The notes below the pieces were generated by a model. The model searched no databases, was not told where the DNA came from, and saw only the letters and a list, made by a program, of their open reading frames with translations. A program made the translations under genes and the position numbers. From IMG/VR virus record IMGVR_UViG_3300046737_000227, positions 1 through 64,000 of that record: DNA of 64,000 nt, one strand, 5' to 3'. Each line of letters opens with the position of its first letter. Positions within the stretch are counted from its first letter, which is position 1. The DNA comes from a virus. This document shows, one piece after another, positions 41,272-50,700 of the stretch.

Positions 41272-41733
41272 ATGCAAGAGCATGCCACAGCGTTAGCCCA
41301 GGTCCTTCCGAGCGGGATTCCCGCTTTGCGGCCCCTGTTCCAGCGTTACTTTGAGGACGTCCGGTATCCCGGGCGGCTGGACATGCGCGCAGTGGAAGAA
41401 ATCTGGGGGCCGCTCATCGCCCGGGGCAACGGCAGCATTTTGGCCGAGTGGCCGACGGCGGGCGCTCGCGGCATCGTGGGGACCACCTACATGCGCGACA
41501 CGTTCAACGGCGAGCTGACCGCCATGATGGTTTTTCTCTACGTCATGCCGGAGTGTCGGGGCCAGGGCATCGGGCGCACCTTGCTGGACCAAGCTGAGAC
41601 AGACGCCCGGCTGCGTGGCTGCACGAGCATTGTCCACGGGCACACGTTCACCATCAACGAGGATGGCGGACGAGCAATTTTTGAGAAGCGCGGTTACGAA
41701 GTAATCGAGCTCGGTTTTCGGAAACGACTTTAA
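41272..41733 (+). CDS. GNAT-family N-acetyltransferase (153 aa)
   Basis: MPECRGQGIGRTLLDQAE is the acetyl-CoA-binding motif A (R/Q-x-x-G-x-G/A). Confidence 0.75.
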   Translation: MQEHATALAQVLPSGIPALRPLFQRYFEDVRYPGRLDMRAVEEIWGPLIARGNGSILAEWPTAGARGIVGTTYMRDTFNGELTAMMVFLYVMPECRGQGIGRTLLDQAETDARLRGCTSIVHGHTFTINEDGGRAIFEKRGYEVIELGFRKRL

Positions 41734-41737
41734 TTTT

Positions 41738-43000
41738 ATGGGTTACGCAATTGGTTCCGCGGCGTCAATCGCCGAACGATTCACCGATGAGAAGGCGATG
41801 CGCGAGGCATACGCTTTCATGCGCGATGGGCTGCGCGAGCAACGCAAGGCCCTGAAGGAGGATTACGATTTGGAACGTATCTCCGGGCTCGTCCAGCAAT
41901 ACGACAAGGGATACCTCGACCGCCGAGTGTCGCTGATGAAGGAATACGAGCCCGACTTGTATGCCGCCGGCCAAGTCGCCCGCAAGGACATCCTTGCGCA
42001 GGCGCAGACGCCCGTTTCCGCGCTGGAATCCACGCGGACGGCCAAGCAACTTTTCAAGGAAAACATCGACCAGAACCCCGAGCTCGCCAAGCTCAAGGAA
42101 AACGTCATCGCCCGGGCGAACGACGTCCTCGCGTTGGGCGGGAACTTGCCGGCTGAGTATCAGGCCGAGCTCGTCCGCGCCGGCGTCGGCGGGGCCGCGC
42201 AGGCGGGTATTAAGCCCCAGGCGGGCACGGTCGGCGGCGTCGTCTCCAAGGTCCTCGGCAGCGAGGGCGAACGTTTGCGCCAAGCGCGCACGATGGAAGC
42301 GTCGAAACTCGCGGACACCGCGCAGCAGATGACCGAATCGCGCGCCAAGATTCTCGGCTCGATTTTTCCGACGATTCAATCCGCGGAACGCGAAGGGCTG
42401 GCTCGCTCCGCGTCCATTTTTGGGCTGACTGAAGCCGCCACGCCAGCTAGCAGCACGGGACTCACGGGCCGCGAGGTGTTAAACCTCGACCTGGGTGGCC
42501 GAACCGCACAGCGCGACGTCAATTCGCAGCTGGCAAATTTGAAGGCATGGAAGTCGCTGGAGTTTGCGCGCATCCGTGATACCGCGTTGAACCAAGTCGC
42601 CGGCAACTTTGGCGGCACGGCGAGCGGCGCATACGGCGGCGCGGGCGGCTCCGGCGGCGGTGGCGGGGGTTCGTCGATGGGTTCCATGGGTTCCATGATG
42701 GGCATGGCTGGCATGATGTCCGACCGCAACGTCAAGGAAAACATCAAGGAGCTCGACGAGGCGAAAATTTTGGAGAAGGTATCCAAGCTGCCCGTGTCCA
42801 ACTGGGAATATAAGAAAGACGTTGAGAACGTGCCGCAAGGTCAGCATACTGGCCCGATGGCACAAGACTGGGACGTGCTTTTTGGGAGCGGCACCGGTGA
42901 CGCGAAAACGATTCCAATCGTGGACGCCATCGGCGTGGCCCTGGCCAGCGTGAAAGCGCTGGTCAAGGAAATCAAACAGATGAAGACGGCCAAAGCTTAA
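41738..43000 (+). CDS. virion protein with C-terminal S74-type intramolecular chaperone domain (420 aa)
   Basis: A Gly/Met-rich linker is followed by SDRNVKENIKEL...VSNWEYKKD...GPMAQDW, the auto-cleaving chaperone signature of endosialidase/tail-spike proteins. Confidence 0.65.
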   Translation: MGYAIGSAASIAERFTDEKAMREAYAFMRDGLREQRKALKEDYDLERISGLVQQYDKGYLDRRVSLMKEYEPDLYAAGQVARKDILAQAQTPVSALESTRTAKQLFKENIDQNPELAKLKENVIARANDVLALGGNLPAEYQAELVRAGVGGAAQAGIKPQAGTVGGVVSKVLGSEGERLRQARTMEASKLADTAQQMTESRAKILGSIFPTIQSAEREGLARSASIFGLTEAATPASSTGLTGREVLNLDLGGRTAQRDVNSQLANLKAWKSLEFARIRDTALNQVAGNFGGTASGAYGGAGGSGGGGGGSSMGSMGSMMGMAGMMSDRNVKENIKELDEAKILEKVSKLPVSNWEYKKDVENVPQGQHTGPMAQDWDVLFGSGTGDAKTIPIVDAIGVALASVKALVKEIKQMKTAKA

Positions 43001-43004
43001 TTTT

Positions 43005-43487
43005 ATGGCGGCGATGAACATCCCATTGGTGCCGGTTAACTCCGAGGCCAAGACTTTTGCTGCGAGCGCGCTCGTTCAGGCGATTAACAACATGCACCTT
43101 GCGCAGAACGCAAGCGGCGGGGGCGCCGGCCATTCGGCGGCCACGGCTCAGCAGACGAAGGAGCAGAAGGAAATAGACGCGGCGGCGCAAAAGGCTGCGT
43201 TGTTGAAGCATTCCCGGGGAAAAATTGAGGGACAAGTATTGGGCGAAGAGGGCGGCATGGAACCGACCACGATGCCTGCGCCGGCTATTTCAGTTACGCC
43301 GCCCGCGCCCGTCGCGCCCGCGGCACCCTCGCCAACTATCGCGGCGCCATCCAGCGGAGTTTCTTTTGGTGCCATGACCGACATCAATCCGACCCCGGCG
43401 AGTGATGCGGGTCCGGCAACCCAGGGCGGCGGATTTAACTCGGACAGCATGTTCGACTGGGGTTCGATGTTTGGGGGAGGACTTTAA
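43005..43487 (+). CDS. hypothetical Ala/Pro-rich virion-module protein (160 aa)
   Basis: ORF with a TAATTTTATG junction. Confidence 0.5.
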   Translation: MAAMNIPLVPVNSEAKTFAASALVQAINNMHLAQNASGGGAGHSAATAQQTKEQKEIDAAAQKAALLKHSRGKIEGQVLGEEGGMEPTTMPAPAISVTPPAPVAPAAPSPTIAAPSSGVSFGAMTDINPTPASDAGPATQGGGFNSDSMFDWGSMFGGGL

Positions 43488-43489
43488 TT

Positions 43490-44743
43490 ATGCCCGTAGA
43501 TAAAAATGACCCGCGCTACAAAGCGGCTTTTGCGAAGTGGGACTCGAAATACTCGAAGATGCCCACACGGGACCTGCTCAACGAGTGGGACTCCGAGGAC
43601 CTGATTCATTATCTCCAGGCGAACAAAATGCTGGATGAATCCAAGCTGAATCCTGCGCTGCAACGGAACGCCTCCCTCAAGGCGAACCAGGAATACCAGA
43701 ACCTGCGCAAGGGCGGCTCGCTTCAGGAAATCGCCCAGGCGCATGCGAAGTGGGCAGCCCCCGAGGGACTGGAGCTGCCGGTGAACCCGGACGGCGTCAT
43801 CAACAGCGAGGCGGCCTTGAAAAATATTTTTGAGGCGAAGCAAGCGATTGAACAGCGAGAGCACGACCGCGCGCTCACGCTCGGCGCGACCGAGCAGATG
43901 ACCACGACCGTCAACCCGCAAGGTCAGAAGACCATCACGGGTCAGATGATGACGAAGACCGGACAGCCGACTAGCCCGGTCCGAACGGTGACGAGCGAAG
44001 CGCCCCAGACCGAGCCGCTCCGAAAAGAATACTCGGCACAGCCGCCCGTGCACGATTTTAACAAGGTGCACGCCGGCTACAACAAGCTTTTGCGTTCCGT
44101 TAATACCAAAGAGCCGAATGCGTTGAAAGACCAGAACACGATTTTTCAATGGATGAAAATCCTGGACCCAGGCTCGACCGTGCGCGAAGGTGAATACGCG
44201 ACCGTGGAAAAAGCTCGCGGCGTGCCCGACCGGATTCGTAATGTGTGGAATCAAATCTACACCGGTCAAATCTTGACGCCGGAACAGCGAAAAGAAATTC
44301 TCGACGCTTCGCAGGATATCGTTGATGGACAAATCGCCAACGTGGCCCCCATCATCAAACAATTTCAGGCCCAAGAAAAAACCGGCGGACACGCCCCCGG
44401 CTCCGTCGTTCCGATTGAACACCAGGAGATGGTCCAAGAATTTGAGGAGCGCGAAGCCGCGCGCGCCAAAGCCGCGGCTCCGGCTGCCGCTCCTGCCGCT
44501 GGTGCGGCTCCCGCCGCTGCCGGCGCTGCTCCCGCGGCCCCGGTTCAGCAAAAGCCGATTCCTACGGTGCGGACGCCGACGGAAGCTCCCGCGGATGCGG
44601 AGTTTTTCTACTCCCCCAAGGGCAAGCTGTATCGTAACCCCAACTATCGTCCTGCCGCGGCGGCACCCGCCCCCGCGACCCCGCCGCCTACCGCCGAAGT
44701 CACGCCACCCGCTACCGAGGAGCCGCCAGTTTTACCAGCTTAA
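43490..44743 (+). CDS. internal virion protein candidate (417 aa)
   Basis: Called from position between the S74 protein and the giant ORF. Ala/Pro-rich tail. Confidence 0.45.
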   Translation: MPVDKNDPRYKAAFAKWDSKYSKMPTRDLLNEWDSEDLIHYLQANKMLDESKLNPALQRNASLKANQEYQNLRKGGSLQEIAQAHAKWAAPEGLELPVNPDGVINSEAALKNIFEAKQAIEQREHDRALTLGATEQMTTTVNPQGQKTITGQMMTKTGQPTSPVRTVTSEAPQTEPLRKEYSAQPPVHDFNKVHAGYNKLLRSVNTKEPNALKDQNTIFQWMKILDPGSTVREGEYATVEKARGVPDRIRNVWNQIYTGQILTPEQRKEILDASQDIVDGQIANVAPIIKQFQAQEKTGGHAPGSVVPIEHQEMVQEFEEREAARAKAAAPAAAPAAGAAPAAAGAAPAAPVQQKPIPTVRTPTEAPADAEFFYSPKGKLYRNPNYRPAAAAPAPATPPPTAEVTPPATEEPPVLPA

Positions 44744-44745
44744 TT

Positions 44746-47700
44746 ATGCCGAGCGTCATTGAGGATTTAGGGGCAGGGGAATCTTTCACGGACACGCCCG
44801 TCCCGGTTGTGCCAGCTGAGGTGCCCGTCTACGGCGGCACGGCTCGGGGACTGAAATCCTCGAAGCCCATCACGCCGGAAGTTCAGGCGCAGCTCGACCA
44901 GTCCAGCAAAGGGATGCGGGCCGCACTCGCGGAAAAGGGAATCGAAGCCCCGCCGATGCTGCCCGAGGAGGCCGCGAAAGCCGCCGCTGAAAAAGAAAAG
45001 GAAGATAAAGCGTTCGCCGGACTGCAGGAGGTGGACCCTTTTAGCGTGTTGCAAGAAGTCGACCCCCGCTCTGTTGGGGAGGAGCCCGAATTCCGCGGCG
45101 TCCCGTTGGCCGACCGACTCGATACTGAGAAGCCCGATGTTCTCGCCAAGGACCCGAAGTTCAATGTGCTCGAGCACATCGCGACGAACCGCGACAATAT
45201 TTTTCAGGACCCCAATCGCTACAAAAAAGCGCTCGACACTTATCGCGCGCAAAAAGTCGTGGGCACCACGGCGAACAAGGTCTGGGAATCCGCCAAGAAA
45301 GAAACGGGTCCCCTGCTTTTGGAAATTCTCAAATCTTTGCCGAAGCGGCTCGAGAATGTTTCTGATATCGCCATTGGTCCGGTGATTAACGACATCACGG
45401 CAAAGTTTCGTCACGAGAGTGCCGACCCCGCGCTTCGCGCGCAGTGGGATAAAATGACAGACGACAACCGCGAGGCCGCCATCGCCGAGGCCATCGGCGG
45501 AACGCAGCTCGCCGTGGGCTCGCTTCAGGACATGGTGCGCCAGGGCGCGCGCAAGCTGACGGGTCCCGGATTCAATTTGAAACAGCTCAAGGTGACCCCT
45601 TCGGGTGTCTCGATGGAGCGCAAAGACTGGAGCAAAATTTCTGATGAAGAAGTCAAAAGCGAGTTATTCAAAGACCTCGGCTGGCACGACACCGTCCAAG
45701 GTATCTCGTCCGGCCAAACCGTCAAAGACCTCGTCAGCGAAGGCGTCCAGCTCAACCCGGAAAACATCAAGCTACTGAGCTTGACGGACCCGGTCACGCT
45801 CGTCGCCACTGCCGGCGGACTCAAGGCCGTGGGCGTCGGTGGCAAAGTTCTTTTTACCGCGGCCAACGAAGTTGGCGCGGGCAAAGCGCTGAACTACCTC
45901 GGACAGCTTTCCCAAACCGCCGCGGCGAAAACCACGCAGCTCGTCGGCACGGGCATCGAAAAAACCGGTAAGGTCATCGCCTCTGCGCTTCCCATCTCGG
46001 GCCAGGGCATTAGCGTCGGCGCCGGACTGAGTCTTTTAGGCGTCCCACACAAGGCCATCCTGGCGGCGCGTATCGCGGCCCCCGTTTTACAGAAGACGGG
46101 ACAGGTCGTTCGGGAAATCGGCGAAGCCGCCGGGGCCGCCCCTAAAGGGCAGCTGTCCCTGGGTCTGGAAACCACGACGGGCGCCAAGCTCGTCAACGCG
46201 GCGAAGACCGTTTCAAAATTTGTTCAACCGCCCGTGGCCGGCGCCGTCAAGGGCGCCGTGGGAACTGCGCCGCTGGCACTCGCGACCGACGAACCGCAAG
46301 GCGGGCTGCTCGGCGTGGGTGCCGTCGGCGGGGCCGTGCACTCTGCCCTCGGAGCCGTCAAAGGCGCGGTCGCCGAAGCCGGCGCGAAAAAATATTTCGA
46401 CCCGGGCCAAATCAACTGGGAAGCGACCCCGTCTCCTGGCTACGATAACTTCACCGAGCTGAACAAAGTTCACGAGCAGGTCGCCGCGTCCACGCCGTCT
46501 AACGCGCGGAACATGGTGGATAGCTTGCGCGAAACGCTGCGCCCGTTCGGCAAGAAACTTTTCCTCGTCGACGACGCGGCTTTTTCCAAGGCCATCGCTG
46601 ACGATACGGTCCGTGCGAACGGTGGCAAATCGCTCACGCCGGAACAACAGGCGGCGGTCACCCAGGAATCCAAAGCGCGCGGCGTTTCAAAAATCTGGAT
46701 GGCAGATGACGCGGGCAAGGGCGAGATGGTTACGCTCGTCAAAGGCTCCGCGAACGCTCCACACGAGTTTGCCCACGTCCTGGAATCCGTAATGGAGCCC
46801 GCGGGACGCGAAGCACTGCACGACGCGGTCCGCAAGGCATACACGCCCGGAGAACTGGAAGCCTTGCGGCAGCATTACGAAAAATCTTTGGGCAGCCGTT
46901 TTGCCGCGGACGTGCCGGGCGTGATGCAAGAAGTCCGCAGCGAATTCATCGCCGACAATTGGGCGAACCTGCTTTACAACACGTCGCTCGAGTCACTCGG
47001 GCTGCCGAAACCGAAATCCTCGTTCCGCGCAAAAATGCTGGACGCGGCGTTGACCTTGGGTGACGCGCTGGGTATCGACATGACGGCAGGCCGCGGCACC
47101 CCGGGGTTGAACCTGAAGCCGAGCTATAGCCTGCGCAAGGCGCTCGAGAACGCGAGCGGTGAAATTTTAGCGGAGCGTGACCAGCGCGCCGCGCAGCAAG
47201 CGACTGCTCCCGAGGTGAAGCCGGTGGCTGAAGCGCCGGCGGCTCCGGTCGAAGTTCCCGTCGAATCCGTGCAGCCGGAGCTGGATTTTACCACGCCCCC
47301 GCCCAAAGAAATTCCCGCTCAAGGCGAGCTCAATTTTGAGACGCCGTCGGCACAACCGAAAGTGGCCCCGGCAGCGACCCCTCCCGCGCCGGCACCCACC
47401 GAAGTCCCGCCGACGGTGTCTCCCTCCCGTGGGGTTTCCACCCCCGAGGCCACCGCCGCCCGTGCCGAGGTCACCAATACCGGGGTCGGTGCGGCCTGGG
47501 CCAAAGGCAAGGACAACGAGCAAGCGGTGACGGAAGTGAACAAGGCACTCGATGAAAGCGTCGGGCTGACCGTCGAACACGCCGGCGCTCCCAAAGCGTC
47601 TTTTAAGCCGACGGAGCCCGAACGCGCCGCCGAGGTGGAAGAAGGCCGCGGGTTGCCGCCAGAACAGCGCGAGCTGCATGCCGGGAAAAAATATCCCACG

Positions 47701-50700
47701 CGATGGGAGCAGACGAAAAGCGGGGAACCGCAGCTCGTCGCCCGTAGCGTGGACAAGGTTCTCTCCAACGTGGACCGCGCGGTGCAGTGGGGGAAATCCG
47801 CGGGCGAAGAAATCCCGTGGGAGACGGACGCGAACGGTGCGCTCACCGAAGCCGGCACCAACGAACTTTTGTCGGACCTGAACGCCTACTGGGATAACCA
47901 GGACCGAGGTTTTCGTGGCGGGGGCAAGCAGCTGGTTCGTCCCGGCGACGAGCTCGGTGCGGCAATCCCGCGTGAGCAAGGCGAGGGAAAAGTTTTAGGC
48001 GACGCCAAGGAACAATGGCTTAATCTGCTTCAAGGTAAAGACGTCGGCCCGCCCGAGACGGCGCGCGCCCAAAAAGGCAAGTTACCTGCCAACATTAAGG
48101 CGCAGGAAATCCGCGCTGCCCAGGGCGACGTGTCCGAACGCATCGCGCCGGGGACCGACATTCCGATTTATCCCGAGAAGGTGACCGGGGGCCGCGGACC
48201 CGTAGAAATCAAGGAGACGAACCCGCTGCGCAATCGTCTGCGCGCCGCCGGCATGCCGGTGGGGGACCTGCACACGGTCGTCGAGCGACTCAACGCTGCG
48301 GACATCGTCAAAGCCGAACGCGCCCCCGAATTAACGGGACGCGGCGGACAGACGGACACCGCCCGCGCGGGATACCTGACGGACCAGCCTGTGGACAAAA
48401 CTATCGCAGACGTGCTCGCGGATTCCCCGGACGACTGGATGAAACGGTTCGGTCCGAAGAATACGTTGACGGGGTCGGCGTATGAGCTGGGGCTGAACCT
48501 CACGTCGAAGGACGAGTTGAACGCGTTGCGCGAGGCGCAGTCCAAGGCGTCCGCTGCCCAAGTCTCTGCCCTCGCAGAAGCCCGGGCGGGGAACCTCGAC
48601 AAGCTGGACGAGGCTTACGCGCTCGCGACCAAGGCCCAATTTTTCCGTGAGGCGATTGAAGCCGCCACGGACACCGCTTCTGCCGCCGGTCCATCCGGCT
48701 GGCGCCGCGCGTTCCCGGACCGCACTGCTCCGTTCGCGGAAGTCAGTGCCGCAGCCGCGGAACGCGCTGGCTTCCTTTCTGAAAAAGAACTGAAGTCCAT
48801 TCGCAATGGCGAAAAAGATGGTGAAACTTTCAACGGGGACGGAACCGTTTTTGTCCCGCCCGAGGACGCCTCGCTGGACGTCGTCACGCTCGCTAGCGTG
48901 AACCTGCCGGCGGCAGAGCTGAACGCGAAGAACGTCGCGGCGGCGTTGAAGCCCTACAAGGGCCTTCTGGGGAATGAGAACATCAAAGCGGGAATCTTCC
49001 GGCTGTCGGAGCCCGATGCCGAAGGCCGGCCCCAGGTCAGCGTGGATGTGAACGCCATCGTGGACCAGAAGCACCGCAAGTCGTCTTTGGCTTTTGCCCG
49101 TGCGAATAACCAGGAAGCCATTTTCGACATGGCCCGCGGCAAAACGGTTGATGCCGGCGGCACGGGTAACACGGTCCTCCGGGACCCGAAAGAAATCGCC
49201 CAGGCCGCGGATGCGTTGCAGGCCGGGGAAAATTACCTGGAGACGAAAGCGCGTTTCAAAGCGGCGGAAGCGAGGCGCAAGGGTCCGGTTCGTCAGGCGA
49301 TTGAAGACATCAAGGGGGACCTCGATATCACCGTCAAAGCGATTACCCGAGAATCCGAAGCCGCCGCGCGGAAACGCGTCGCGGAGACGGACTACTCGAA
49401 ATACAACGTGCCCGAGGAACAAAAGCCGAAGGGCAAGGGACCGACTGGTTGGGCACTTCCCGACGGGCAGTTCATCCGACTCGACACGGACTATCATCAG
49501 ACGTGGCTCGGGGAACACTCCGAGCAGTTGAACAAACAATACGGAACCGAATTCTCCAAGGACGCCACGGTCGAGGACCGACAAGCCGCGCTCAACAAGG
49601 GATTCATCCGCGTTCGCGAATACGGCGGCAAGCTGGCCATCGAAGCGAACCAGAAATTTTTCCGTGGCAAGGGCAAGCGCGCGATTGAAGTGCTGCTCGA
49701 CGACCACGCCAAAGACATCGACTCCGCGCGAATCACGCTCCTGGATAACGAGGGCAAGGTGACGGACACGATGGCGGACAACAAGCTTTTTGAGAGTGAA
49801 AATCCGGCACAGGATTTAATGGACCTAGTGGATGCGGTTGACCCGAACAAGGTCGCTCCGAAGCGGGGTCCCTCGGCCATTCAAATCGCGCGCAGCCGCG
49901 AGGGTTACCTCACGCCGGAAATTCCGACGGACGAGGCCATCACCGACGCGCTGAGCGAGGAAAAGAAACCTTTTGTCGGAGCCGCGCGCGACCTGGATGA
50001 AGGCACCCCGGTCGGCCTGCGGATTGACATCCCGGCTTATAACCGCACGGGCAAATACGTCATCACCGTCCACGAAAAAGCCGAAGGCGGGCGCGTGGGC
50101 AAGCGGATTGGTTACGACTCCATCGCGACCGTGGACAACCCGACCTTTTTCTCCAACACCAAGGGCGCGGCAAAAATCGCTGAGGGCGCGGCGAAGTTTC
50201 CCATCGCGACCGTCGAGGGCGAATGGAATCCCTCGCGTGAACTGCCGGCGGACCTCTCCGAGTGGACCGAGGTTGGTTTCAATCCCACCAAGCACGACTA
50301 TTTCTACGAGAAGGGAACCGACGAACCGGTGACCGGCGGAACCCAGGCCGTGAGCGTGGGCAACTCGGTTTTCGTCAAGGACGCCACGTTCGGCAGCAAA
50401 GCGGACGTCGCGGCACGCGGCGGGTATCTCCCTGGCGAAAAGCTGACGCCCGAGACGGCAGAAGCCGCGGCGGACAAGCACAACGAGGAATACACCAAGT
50501 CGTATCCCGAGGCATACCCCACGCGGTTCATCCGCGACTCCAAAGGCAAGCTCAAGCTGCAAGGCGGCAAGCTCGTCCCCGGTGACGAGGAAGCCGTTCT
50601 CGACAAAACGCCGCTCGCGCTTGACGCGGTGCGGGAGAACCCGGACGCGCCGGCGCACGAAGTTATTTCGGACGCGCTCGCGGACAAAATCGTGGCCGAA

